From an uncultured Acidobacteriota bacterium (lineage in GTDB: Bacteria; Acidobacteriota; UBA6911), in NCBI GenBank assembly GCA_963827655.1, contig CAWHCF010000038.1, forward strand, positions 128,001-192,000: a DNA stretch of 64,000 bases. Reading direction: 5' to 3'. A program made the translations under genes and the position numbers. The first letter of the stretch is position 1; each line of letters begins with the position of its first letter. Shown piece after piece: positions 19,085 through 29,066 of this stretch. The notes under the pieces were generated by a model. The model was given only the letters and a program-made list of their open reading frames with translations. It was not told the DNA's origin and ran no database searches.

Positions 19085-21982
19085 ATGAACCTCAAGCGCT
19101 ATCGATGGAGCAAGCTCCTGCAATTAGCGGTGCTGCTGTGGGCGGTGCCGCTGCAGGCCCAGAAGTTCTATCCGGACGACCCTCTGACTCAAGATCCCGC
19201 TCCGTTTCCAGCTGACGCGGCTAATTTCAGGGGGCTGAACCCCCTTTACGAGATGGTTACTGGCCAGTTCGGGACGCCCGGCCAACGCCACCCGGCGAAT
19301 GGAGTGATCCCCGCCCTGAGTCCCAACACCCTCGGTGAGGTCATGGACGGCCTTTGGTTTGTGAATCGGCATGCCCGCCAGCGGCTCTCAGCCAAGGAAC
19401 TGCTGGAGGGTTCGGGCCGAGGCGAAGCTCCATCCCACCAGGAGAAGTGGCGAGTGCTGACAGTCCGAAAGTATGGAATCCGCCCCGGAATTTTGATCCA
19501 TGACGCCAAGAACCAACTCTATCTGCTGCGCTTTGATACTCCGCGGCGGCTGGAAATGTCCACCGGCGCCGAGATGATCGGCTCCCGCATTTTCCACGCC
19601 CTCGGCTACGTGGTGGCCGAGCACCATCTGGTCTATTTCGACCGCGCGCAACTCTTAGCCGATCCGGAGGGAGAAGACATAAACGCCGTCGGTCGGGCGG
19701 AGCGCCTCGAGGAAGAGGATATTGATCTTTTTCTGGAGAAAGTGCCGCGCGATCCGGCCAAGGGTTATCGGGCCGTAGTAATTTCGCCGCCGAAAGGAGT
19801 ACAAAAGCTGCTCGGACCTTACCAATTCCACGGCACGCGCAGCGATGATCCCAACGACGTGGTCCTCCATGAACATCGACGGGACTTGCGAGGCTTGCAT
19901 GTGATTTCGGCCTGGCTGGCAAACGACTGGATTAGTGCAGTCCAGACTATGGATATCCTGTTTGAGGAAAAGGGAGCGCATTTCATCCGGCACGGACTGG
20001 TCGACTTCTCCACGCTGCTCGGCAGCGGCTTCGAACAAGTCAAAGACGCGCGCGATGGTTACGAGCCATTATTTGATCTCCGGTCGACCTTGAAAAACTT
20101 TATGGGCATGGGGTTCTATGCCCCCGACTGGCAGCGAGCGCGCTATCCCGACATTCGCTCGGTTGGGTTGTTCGAGTCAAAGGTTTTTGATCCGGCTAAA
20201 TGGCGGCCCACGACCGAGTCAGCAGCACTGGCCAATCATTTGCCCGACGACGACTACTGGGCTGCCAAGCAAATCCTGGCTTTTACCGACGAAGATTTGA
20301 GGGTCGTGGTCAAAGCAGCACAATACACGGATCCGCAGGCAGAAGAGTGGGTCGCGAACTGCCTGATCGAAAGGCGCGACAAAGTTGTGCGCTATTTCCT
20401 CGATCGGGTTCTGCCGCTGGAGAACTTCCGAATAGAGGATGGAGTGCTCCGCTTCGACGACCTGGCAGTGCAGCGCGGTCTGCGAGGATCGCAGAACTAC
20501 TCGGTCCAATGGTCGGAGTTCCGCAATCTTCAGAAAGATCACCTGGATCTCGAGCGAGCGAATTCCTTCCAGGTTCCGGAGCGCGCCGTGGCTGCCGGCG
20601 CGGGATCCTACTACGCGGCCAGGATCTCGTCAGACGCGCCCGGCAAGACCTTGACGGTTTACCTTCGGAAAGGAGAAGCGGGTTTCAAGGTCGTCGGTAT
20701 TGACCGGGATTGGCCCGGAAAGGTAGTGGCAAAGGATCAACCGCGTGGAGGCAAACCACCCAAGACCTATACCGATCTTACACCTCGCCAGAAACAGCTC
20801 ATCGATACTTACGTGGCGGACTACAACCAGAAGACGGGCTTCAATATCACGACGGAAGTCGGCTATGCAGCGCTCAGCAATTCTGAGCGCACTACCTTTG
20901 ACGCGATAACCCACGCTCTGTCCAAAACTGAATTGACCGACGCGGAGGGCAAGAACCTGGGCACGGCACTGGATACGATCGTGGCGGTCGAACGCATCGC
21001 GGGCCAATACCAGGGCCGCGAAGGCGACGAGCAATTTCGCGTTTACTGCAAGTTGAAGCCCGGGACGCGGGAGATCATCGAGAAGAGCCGGGAGTTCAAA
21101 TTCGGCGAGGAGAATACAGTCTACCACGTCGGCTATCCCTATTCTTACCGCCAGCTAGGCAAGGTGCCGAACCTCCAGTACTCCATCTCCGAAGATGGTC
21201 TTCGGGCGGACATCGACGTGGACTACCGCTCCAGCAAGGTCCCGGCATCCATGTGGAACGGCCACCTGAGCTCCGCCAATTCTGACGTTCGAGCCGGCAA
21301 CAACCATAAACGCCACAACGATCGCTGGGCGGGCTTGGTTAACTGGTGGTCTGCGATACTGGGCAAAATGCCCGAGGAGGGTGAGCCGGCGGGCGACATG
21401 CTGGCCAAAGAGCCGCCGGAACCGGCCACTCCGTTGCCGCCGAACCGGTCTCCAGGTGCGCAGATCGCTGAAGTCTGGGAAGCCACTCAGGAATTTCTCA
21501 CCGACTGGCTGGTGCGGCGCAACGATGAGGCGCTGGAGTTCGTTTCAGACCAGGCCTTGGCATGCGCAAAGCTGGAAGATGGAACCGACCCGCGCACACT
21601 GACGTCCGCCGAAGCGCGCCGAAACCTGCAACAGGTCATGAAAGCGGTTTCGGATCGGGTCGGCACGGTCAACAGCCTGACCCAGGTAATCGATGCCGTC
21701 GTTCCGTGGAGGAAAGCCTTCCGTGTGGTGAAACAGCCTTTTGAAGGAGACTTCGCCATCGTCGAGGCCCCGGATGCCTTTGCCGAACACTTCCGCTGCG
21801 AAAGCCGTTCCAAAGAGAAACAGCTTCGGGTGCTGTCGGACGAGAACCTGCGCTACGGGACCTACTATGGGGCAGTGTTCCGGTTAACGCTTGGCCCCAC
21901 TCGAGGCAGCGTGCTGGCGCTGTTGTGGACGAAACAGGGCGGCGCCTGGCGAGTGATCGCGTGGGAGGTTCTGTCGTCCTGA
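19085..21982 (+). CDS. Large exported hypothetical protein (965 aa), probable partner of the Omp85 protein
   Basis: Signal peptide (VPLQA/QKFYPDDPL), long intact ORF 10 nt after the omp85 stop. Confidence 0.85.
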   Translation: MNLKRYRWSKLLQLAVLLWAVPLQAQKFYPDDPLTQDPAPFPADAANFRGLNPLYEMVTGQFGTPGQRHPANGVIPALSPNTLGEVMDGLWFVNRHARQRLSAKELLEGSGRGEAPSHQEKWRVLTVRKYGIRPGILIHDAKNQLYLLRFDTPRRLEMSTGAEMIGSRIFHALGYVVAEHHLVYFDRAQLLADPEGEDINAVGRAERLEEEDIDLFLEKVPRDPAKGYRAVVISPPKGVQKLLGPYQFHGTRSDDPNDVVLHEHRRDLRGLHVISAWLANDWISAVQTMDILFEEKGAHFIRHGLVDFSTLLGSGFEQVKDARDGYEPLFDLRSTLKNFMGMGFYAPDWQRARYPDIRSVGLFESKVFDPAKWRPTTESAALANHLPDDDYWAAKQILAFTDEDLRVVVKAAQYTDPQAEEWVANCLIERRDKVVRYFLDRVLPLENFRIEDGVLRFDDLAVQRGLRGSQNYSVQWSEFRNLQKDHLDLERANSFQVPERAVAAGAGSYYAARISSDAPGKTLTVYLRKGEAGFKVVGIDRDWPGKVVAKDQPRGGKPPKTYTDLTPRQKQLIDTYVADYNQKTGFNITTEVGYAALSNSERTTFDAITHALSKTELTDAEGKNLGTALDTIVAVERIAGQYQGREGDEQFRVYCKLKPGTREIIEKSREFKFGEENTVYHVGYPYSYRQLGKVPNLQYSISEDGLRADIDVDYRSSKVPASMWNGHLSSANSDVRAGNNHKRHNDRWAGLVNWWSAILGKMPEEGEPAGDMLAKEPPEPATPLPPNRSPGAQIAEVWEATQEFLTDWLVRRNDEALEFVSDQALACAKLEDGTDPRTLTSAEARRNLQQVMKAVSDRVGTVNSLTQVIDAVVPWRKAFRVVKQPFEGDFAIVEAPDAFAEHFRCESRSKEKQLRVLSDENLRYGTYYGAVFRLTLGPTRGSVLALLWTKQGGAWRVIAWEVLSS

Positions 21983-22002
21983 AAATGGGACGTCCCATTT
22001 TC
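21981..22002. terminator. Perfect 22-bp palindrome between convergent genes (terminator or REP-like)
   Basis: GAAAATGGGACGTCCCATTTTC; related AAAACTGGGACGTCGCCAATTTT at ~30478. Confidence 0.55.
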
Positions 22003-22004
22003 CC

Positions 22005-23570
22005 TCATTTCCGCAGCGCTTCGAGCGTACGGGCTACATTGTCCAGCAGCTCGCGTCGCTGCCCTTCATCGGCGAACGTGAGGTCGCTCGACCGGTAATA
22101 CTCGGCTTCGCGTTCCCAGCGCTCGACGACGGCGCGACGCGCCACGTCGACATGAACCGGCCTGCCGCCGCGCAGGATGTACACCGGATTCGTGTGGGCG
22201 CGAATCTCGGGCTCTCCCTCTCGCTGCGGACTCTGAGCGCGCGCGGCCACCCACACGCTCTCACGAACGGGGATCCGGAACGACAGCGCGACCTCCGTCG
22301 CCTTCCCGTCCCCCGCGCGCGCCGCCACGACCTGCCCGTTGACCACGACCTCCACGTTTGAGATGGGCCGGTGGAAGACGGCCCGGGCCTCACCCTCGGC
22401 TACATCGCTATCGAGGGTGGCTCCCGGGGCAGCGCCGTTCACCGACAGCTCGAGCAGCGGACCGTTGGACACCACGGCCTGACCGGCGCGCACGCCCGCC
22501 GCCCAGCTTTCGTACGCGGACTCGCCGGCGCGCGCCTTCACCAGAGTCCGCTCCGGACCAAGGAGCGGCAGCGTCCGCGGCCAGGGTTTGCGGCTATTCA
22601 GTGGCACCGGGAAATCGCTGCCGGCGATCCCGGTCACCCGCAGACCGGCGTTGAGCAGCTCGTACCAGGGCTCTGTCTTGAGCACGCCGAACTGAAACAC
22701 CTCGATGAAGTCGATCGAGCCCAGAGCAAGGTCCATCAACAGAGTCGAGTGCTTTTGGCTGCCGTCGAAGTGTGCGTAGCCGACCGTGGCGCCGAGCTCA
22801 CGGCCGCGGCGGAACAGGACCAGGGGAAAGGGGTAGGCTTCTGGCGAGTTCGCATAGACGCGACCGACGCTAAGCGGGCGCTGCAGCTCGCGCGGGCCGA
22901 GCAGGTTGATGTGCCCGTAGAACTCGCTGCGCGACTCGTGGCCCGGCCGGATGCTGCGGTCCTTGCGGCGCGCCTCCCCCGCCGGGCCGAAAGCGTACTG
23001 CACGGCCGCATCCATCTGCCGCTGGAGCTGCAGGAAGTTCCCGACCGAAAGGTCCTCGGCCTCGAGCCAGCCGAGAAAGATGTCGTCATCCTCGGGCGCG
23101 CGGGTCAGGTGGATATGGTCGTCGCCCGAGAGCCAGCCATCCTGAGGCAGCGGCCGGAGCTGCAGATCGACGCGCCGGCGCTCCCCCGGCCCGAGCTCGA
23201 AGTCTGCGGCGGCCGGTTCGTGGAAGAGCCCGCGGTAAGCCTCGAGCCGGTACCGCCCGGGCGGCACGACAAAGCGACCGCGCCCCCGGAGCAGGATGAC
23301 ATGAGATTGCTCGTTGCCCGTGACCTCGAGCGTCTCGGGCGACACCGCGCGCCGCCAAAGGCGCTCGCGGTAGAAGAGATCCACCTTGAGAGGCAGCAGC
23401 GCATCGACGGGGCTCAGGCGGAAGGGGTTCCCGTTCTTGAGCAGGTAAATGCGGGAAGGCTGGCCGGTGTCGACCTCGAGCTCGGCCTGGAGGCCGGGCA
23501 GACCGGACTCGCGAAACTGCACCCATGCGAGCAGGAGAAGCGAGCCGGCGAAAAGGCCTAGGCGCGGCAT
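22005..23570 (-). CDS. CehA/McbA family (PHP-like) metallohydrolase
   Basis: GWLSGDDHIH, GHINLLG, GYAHF, WYELLNAG, AGSDFP, AHTNPVY. Confidence 0.85.
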   Translation of the reverse strand: MPRLGLFAGSLLLLAWVQFRESGLPGLQAELEVDTGQPSRIYLLKNGNPFRLSPVDALLPLKVDLFYRERLWRRAVSPETLEVTGNEQSHVILLRGRGRFVVPPGRYRLEAYRGLFHEPAAADFELGPGERRRVDLQLRPLPQDGWLSGDDHIHLTRAPEDDDIFLGWLEAEDLSVGNFLQLQRQMDAAVQYAFGPAGEARRKDRSIRPGHESRSEFYGHINLLGPRELQRPLSVGRVYANSPEAYPFPLVLFRRGRELGATVGYAHFDGSQKHSTLLMDLALGSIDFIEVFQFGVLKTEPWYELLNAGLRVTGIAGSDFPVPLNSRKPWPRTLPLLGPERTLVKARAGESAYESWAAGVRAGQAVVSNGPLLELSVNGAAPGATLDSDVAEGEARAVFHRPISNVEVVVNGQVVAARAGDGKATEVALSFRIPVRESVWVAARAQSPQREGEPEIRAHTNPVYILRGGRPVHVDVARRAVVERWEREAEYYRSSDLTFADEGQRRELLDNVARTLEALRK

Positions 23571-24220
23571 AGCTCAGTTTTTAGTTCGAAGCTCGGAGAG
23601 GGTCAAGCAAATTTTGGGAGAGGTGCTTCTTCGAGGCTTCCTGTCTTGGAGGTGGGTTTTTGTTTCACTAACCACGAAGACACGAAGACACCAGGAAACG
23701 CGAAGCATCTATCGAATGCCGTCCCCAGGAACTCACGCCGTTCTCCATCGCCACAACTCTGCTGTTTCCATGAATTCAGAGACCCGACCCAAATCTAAGG
23801 CTTAGAAGCGGTTTTAGTTCGAAGCTAGCCGAGGGTCAAGCAATTTCTCGGGAAGGGGCTGCAATTTCGCCGGCCGGTCTCGGCGCGGCGCGCTATGTGA
23901 GGCTTTGAGGCGTTTTCGCGTCTTGCGCGGTTAATTTCGTTCGGCCCGCCTGCCGCCCGACTTCCAATTGACCGCGATGCGCAGTTGTCAGACGTCGACC
24001 TGTCAATTGACGGTGAATGCTGCCGATGCTTGTACCCAGTTGTTATTCAGCGAATTCTTGATTGCGACGATCTCTCACTTCCCTGTTTTCACCGGCTTGA
24101 ACACATACTGCCCCACAGAACTGGTCGTAAACCATCGTTTTAGGATACTCGCTCAGGTAGCTCGCGTCCCACACATTTTCGGGCGGGGAGGTACTGAGGT
24201 CGGACCTCATCAGCACCCAT

Positions 24221-25328
24221 ATGCGCGAAATGCTCTCGCGCGGACACCTGAAAGACGTGCTGCGCCAGCAGTCCGGTTTCGCGTCGATTGAGGCGGGAGA
24301 CGCGACCATCCGCTTCATCAGCTTGCCTCTCCCCCGCGACGCAATCACCCCGCAGTTTATTCTCCACCTGGGACGGTCAACGAATTCCCTGCGCAGCGTT
24401 CTCCAGGAGTACTTCATGATCTATGTCTCGTCGGTCCCTGTCATCCTGGCGGTTTCGGTCCTGGTCGGCTGGTTTCTGGCAGGGAGCGCTCTACGACCCT
24501 TCGAAGAGGTTACCCGAACTGCCCAGCAGATCACTTCCGAGAATCTGAACACTCAGATCGTCACTAGACGCAAGGAAGATGAAATCCAGCGGCTGGTGGA
24601 TTCTTTCAACGCGATGGTGAGCCGATTAGAGGAAATGCGGAAATTCAATGCCGACGTGGCCCACGAACTTCGAACTCCTCTTACCATAATGCAAGGCGAG
24701 AATGAGATCGCCTTGCGTTCCCCTTCTCTGCCGGAAGATGTCCGATCGGTCCTGGCCAGCAACCTCGAGGAGCTGGAGCGGCTGACCCGGATAGTAAACG
24801 ACCTGCTCGTTTTCGCGGAGGCCCAGGCGGGCGCTCAGATGCTGGTCAAGAAGCCGATCAATTTGAGAGCCCTTCTCGATGCCGTAGTAGACCACATCCG
24901 TCTTCTGGCTACCGATCGGTACATAGAGACAGACCTCGGCGGTCCCGCAAGTTATGATCGAAGGAGACGAGCTCTGGATTCGCAGGGCTTTCCTGAATCT
25001 ATTAGACAATGCCATCAAATATTCTCCTGATGGTGGAAAAGTCCGGGTATCGGCCCAGGTCGAGGCTGACATGGTCCGGCTGGGGGTGCGCGACCACGGC
25101 ATAGGAATCTTTTCAGCAGACATTCCTCATATCTTTGACCGGCTTTATTGTGCCGATCCTGCCCGTAGCAGGGGGAGTGGTGGGACGGGACTGGGCTTAT
25201 CTCTGGTCAAATGGATCGTGGAAGCGCACAAGGGGCACATTCAGGTAATTAGCCAACCGGAGAACGGAACCATCTTTGAAGTAAGCTTTCCAATTCTGCG
25301 TCGTGACGTCCTGGCGGCCAGTAAGTGA
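24221..25328 (+). pseudogene. 5'-truncated HAMP sensor histidine kinase (CusS-like)
   Basis: TM2-HAMP, ADVAHELRTPL, NLLDNAIKYS and GTGLGL present; lacks TM1, has a short deletion and a frameshift at ~24945, and no response regulator nearby. Confidence 0.75.
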
Positions 25329-25422
25329 AACATACGAACCGCGGGGAAAGCCGGGAAGCAGAGCGAGCGTTGTTTTGGTGTCTTTAACGACTGCGTCCCA
25401 CTGTCATCTTGTCAGTTTCAAA

Positions 25423-25455
25423 TCATCCAGGGTCGCCGGATTCGACCCTGGATGA
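25423..25455. terminator. 13-bp stem hairpin
   Basis: TCATCCAGGGTCG-ccggatt-CGACCCTGGATGA. Confidence 0.45.
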
Positions 25456-25504
25456 GGCATGATAACCCGCCACTCGTAGTTGCTTTCTTGCTTCTTTGGC
25501 AAAG

Positions 25505-25587
25505 ATTCTTGGTGTTTCTTCGTGTCTTTGAGTCTTAGTGGTATTGTCAGGCAGCTCTGACCACGAAGACACGAAGAAACACTAGAG
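25505..25587. repeat. Inverted nonamer repeat cassette
   Basis: ttggtgtttcttcgtgtctttgagtcttagtggt ... accacgaagacacgaagaaacactag. Confidence 0.85.
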
Positions 25588-25673
25588 CACTTCGATTGCG
25601 GCCGCAGGCCGCGTCAGACCCTTGTGTCTCACGCGGTCTAAGAATCAGAAAAAGAACTGATCGGGGAGGCGAC

Positions 25674-27437
25674 GTGGCAACGTTGGACTGGGTGGTAATC
25701 GCGGCTTATTTCGTCATCCTGCTGGGGCTGGCGTGGTGGGTCATTCGGAGAGGGCGGGACACCGCCGACGATTACTTCCTCGCCGGCCGCAATCTGGGCT
25801 GGTTTGTTGTTGGAGCTTCGATCTTTGCCTCCAACATCGGCTCGGAGCATCTCGTTGGTCTTGCAGGTGCAGGCGCGACCAGTGGCGTGGCGCTGGCGCA
25901 CTACGAGCTTCACGCGTGGTGCCTCCTGGTGCTCGGCTGGGTGCTCATCCCGTTCTACGCGCGCTCCAAGGTCTTCACGATGCCGGAGTTTCTGGAGAGG
26001 CGTTTTTCTCCCACGGCGAGGTGGGTTCTGTCGATCATCTCGCTCGTGGCATACGTCCTGACCAAAATTGCCGTGGGGATATTTGCGGGCGGCGTAGTGT
26101 TCGGCACGCTACTCCCGGAGATGCGGCTGGAGATCGGAACGACGACTTTCAACAGCTTCTGGATCGGGTCCGTGATGGTCGTCCTTCTGACCGGGCTCTA
26201 CACGGTGCTGGGGGGGATGCGCGCGGTGGCGTACACCGAGGCGCTGCAGACCTTGATTCTGGTTCTGGGATCGCTGATTCTCACGCTCTTCGGCCTGAAC
26301 CGTCTGGGCGGCTGGGATGAGCTGCGCCGCGTCCTCGACCCGGACATGTTCAACCTGTGGAAGCCGCTGGTTCCCACGGGAATGGAAGGAACATGGGAGC
26401 CGGTGAAGGAGGCAGGGAGGATTGCCTGGTACTTCAACGGCAACTATCCCTGGTTGGGAATGCTCTTCTGCGCCCCGATCATCGGGCTCTGGTACTGGTG
26501 CACCGACCAGTACATCGTGCAGCGCGCCCTGGGCGCCCCGAGCGAGCGTGAAGCCCGCCGCGGCACCATCTTCGCCGCCTTCTTGAAGCTGCTTCCGGTG
26601 TTCATTTTTATCATCCCCGGCATGATCTGGCTTGCCCTGGCCAAGACCGGAAAGGTGCCGGAGTTTGCGGCCATGATCGACACGAGCGGCCAGGCGGTTC
26701 CCGAGCAAGCCCAGTCGGCGTTTGCCCTCCTGGTGATGCATGTGCTGCCGGCTGGAGTGCGTGGGATCGTCGTAGCGGGACTCCTGGCGGCGCTGATGAG
26801 TTCTCTGGCGGGCGTTTTCAACGCCAGCTCGACGCTTTTCACCATGGACTTCTACCAGAAGTTCCACCCCCGCGCCTCCCAGCACCAGCTCGTATGGATC
26901 GGTCGCGTCGCCACTACCGCCATGGTCCTCATCGGGCTTCTCTGGATCCCCGTCATCCAGGGAGCCAAGGGTCTGTACGACTACCTGCAGGGGGTCCAGG
27001 GTTATCTGGCGCCTCCAATCTTTGTGGTCTTCTTTCTCGGCGTGTCCATGAAGCGCCTCAATGCGAAGGGGTGCCTGGCCGCGCTGATCGTGGGATTTAT
27101 TTTGGGCGCTTTTCGCCTCGCGGTGGACACTCCCGTCAGCCTGAAGCTGAGCGGATTCGAGCAGGGTTATCCTGAAGGCTCGTTCCTGTGGATCGTCAAC
27201 AACATCTACTTCCAGTATTACAGCCTGTTCATCTTCCTGGTTTCGGTCGCCGTCGTGATCGCCGTCAGTTACATGACCGAACCGCCCGGAACCGAGCGCC
27301 TGCGCGGTCTGACTTACGCCACCGTGACCGAGGCGCACCGACGGGAATCGCGCAGCAGCTGGAACCGCTGGGACGTGATCAATTCCTGCGTCGTGGTGGG
27401 CCTGATCTTCGTCGCGTATCTGTACTTCACCGGCTGA
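25674..27437 (+). CDS. Sodium:solute symporter (SGLT/SSS family, likely sugar)
   Basis: DYFLAGR, ASNIGSEHLVGLAG, WYWCTDQYIVQR; GGGGAGG RBS before GTG. Confidence 0.93.
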   Translation: MATLDWVVIAAYFVILLGLAWWVIRRGRDTADDYFLAGRNLGWFVVGASIFASNIGSEHLVGLAGAGATSGVALAHYELHAWCLLVLGWVLIPFYARSKVFTMPEFLERRFSPTARWVLSIISLVAYVLTKIAVGIFAGGVVFGTLLPEMRLEIGTTTFNSFWIGSVMVVLLTGLYTVLGGMRAVAYTEALQTLILVLGSLILTLFGLNRLGGWDELRRVLDPDMFNLWKPLVPTGMEGTWEPVKEAGRIAWYFNGNYPWLGMLFCAPIIGLWYWCTDQYIVQRALGAPSEREARRGTIFAAFLKLLPVFIFIIPGMIWLALAKTGKVPEFAAMIDTSGQAVPEQAQSAFALLVMHVLPAGVRGIVVAGLLAALMSSLAGVFNASSTLFTMDFYQKFHPRASQHQLVWIGRVATTAMVLIGLLWIPVIQGAKGLYDYLQGVQGYLAPPIFVVFFLGVSMKRLNAKGCLAALIVGFILGAFRLAVDTPVSLKLSGFEQGYPEGSFLWIVNNIYFQYYSLFIFLVSVAVVIAVSYMTEPPGTERLRGLTYATVTEAHRRESRSSWNRWDVINSCVVVGLIFVAYLYFTG

Positions 27438-27541
27438 GGGATTCGACCCCACTGGCGAAGCTTGCTTCGCCCAACAGCGGCAGAAGTCGCCAATGGTTTC
27501 TGGTCCGTATGAGGCCGCTCGCTACAAATAACTGAGCCAGG

Positions 27542-28957
27542 TCAGTTATCGACGTTTATCCTCCCTGCCGGCAACTGCTTCAGCAGCTCTTTCATTTCCG
27601 CCACGGTCTTCGCATAAGCGGGATCGCTGGCCAGATTTTTCATCTCCTGCGGATCGTTTGCGTGGTCGAAAAGCATGGCACCCGCCTGGCCGTCCTCCCA
27701 CTCGGCGTAGCGCCAGCGTTCGGTGCGCACAGATTTGCCGAGTTTATTCTGAAAGCGCGTCACGGTGAAGGCCGGATGGCTCCAGGGGGCATTCGGGTTG
27801 AGCAGCAGCGGTGCGAGACTGTGACCTTCCAGGCCGGGTAGCTTCGACAGGCCGCAGAGCTCGACCAGCGTGGGATACATATCGAGCAACTGCACCGTGC
27901 GCGGCGAACTCCTCCCGCCGGTCTTCGTTCCCGGCACTGCCAGAATCAGCGGCACCCGCGTTCCGACTTCGTAGAGCGAGTTGTGTTTCGACCACTTGCC
28001 TTTTTCGCCGAGATGATAGCCGTGATCGCCCCAGAAAACGATGATCGTCTTATCGCGCAGCTTGAGCCGCTCCAGCGCATCGAGCACGCGACCGATGTTG
28101 GCGTCAGTGAATGTCGTGGAAGCGTAGTAAGCGCGGATCACCTCGCGGGCTTCTTGCATCGAAGCGTCCCGCTCGATGAACAGGTCACTGTTGCGCGCTG
28201 GGATGGAAATCTCAGGGAAACCGGGCGGCGCGGCCGGACGCGGAGCAAAATCGGGCGGGAGCGGCATCTTCGCGGGATCGTACGAGTCAATATATTTCCT
28301 CGGTGCAGTCGGCGGACTGTGCGGTTTGGTGAAGCCGGCGGCGAGGAAGAACGGCTTGTCCTTGTATTCCTCCATCAGCTGTATAGCGCGAATCGATGTC
28401 TGGTAATCTGCGTGCGATTCGCCGTCTCCATCGAGTATCACGATCCGGTCGGATTGCGCAGCGACCTGGCCTCGGGCGGGACGCTTTGCGCCAGTGAAGT
28501 CGCGCGGCTCGCCGCCGACGGTCCAGGCATCGGCATCGTCAATGCCGCCATGAAAAATCTTGCCCATTCGCAGGGTTGCGTATCCGTTAGCCTTGAAGTG
28601 CTGCGGCAGAGTGGCGAATCCGGGGTGCTCCGCCCGAAACCACGTGACGTTATCCATCACACCGGTGGTGGTTGGATGGCGGCCGGTCAGCAGCGATGTG
28701 CGCGAGGGGTTGCACAGCGGGTACTGGCAATAGGCGCGCTCGAAGCGCACGCCCCACTTAGCCAGCTTATCTATGTTCGGCGTTCTGATGATCGGATTGC
28801 CGTAGCATCCCAGCGTCGGGCGCAGATCGTCTACGGCAATGAACAGCACATTCAACTTCTCAGCTGCGGCCGCGCTGGTTGCGACAGAATCCGATTGCCA
28901 GGGTAGAAAAGCTGACACAAACAACAACGCCGAAAAACCGAGACGGAGTTTCATCAT
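27542..28957 (-). CDS. Exported sulfatase (iduronate-2-sulfatase-like, Cys-type)
   Basis: NVLFIAVDDLR, CNPSR, GKIFH, GDHGYHLGE. Confidence 0.93.
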   Translation of the reverse strand: MMKLRLGFSALLFVSAFLPWQSDSVATSAAAAEKLNVLFIAVDDLRPTLGCYGNPIIRTPNIDKLAKWGVRFERAYCQYPLCNPSRTSLLTGRHPTTTGVMDNVTWFRAEHPGFATLPQHFKANGYATLRMGKIFHGGIDDADAWTVGGEPRDFTGAKRPARGQVAAQSDRIVILDGDGESHADYQTSIRAIQLMEEYKDKPFFLAAGFTKPHSPPTAPRKYIDSYDPAKMPLPPDFAPRPAAPPGFPEISIPARNSDLFIERDASMQEAREVIRAYYASTTFTDANIGRVLDALERLKLRDKTIIVFWGDHGYHLGEKGKWSKHNSLYEVGTRVPLILAVPGTKTGGRSSPRTVQLLDMYPTLVELCGLSKLPGLEGHSLAPLLLNPNAPWSHPAFTVTRFQNKLGKSVRTERWRYAEWEDGQAGAMLFDHANDPQEMKNLASDPAYAKTVAEMKELLKQLPAGRINVDN

Positions 28958-29066
28958 TTTTTCGTCTCCCAACGAGGTTACCGGGGAATGCTTGACGCTC
29001 GCCGGTCTGGCGTTGAAAGCTCAACGTCGACTGGAAAAGTAGACCGATGACGTAAAGCCGCGGGGG

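Noticed and set aside
22371-23561. Long antisense ORFs (also 6719-7777, 26109-27452, 29349-30509, 31450-32850, 39922-41544)
   Set aside because: Shadow frames of well-supported genes in GC-rich DNA.
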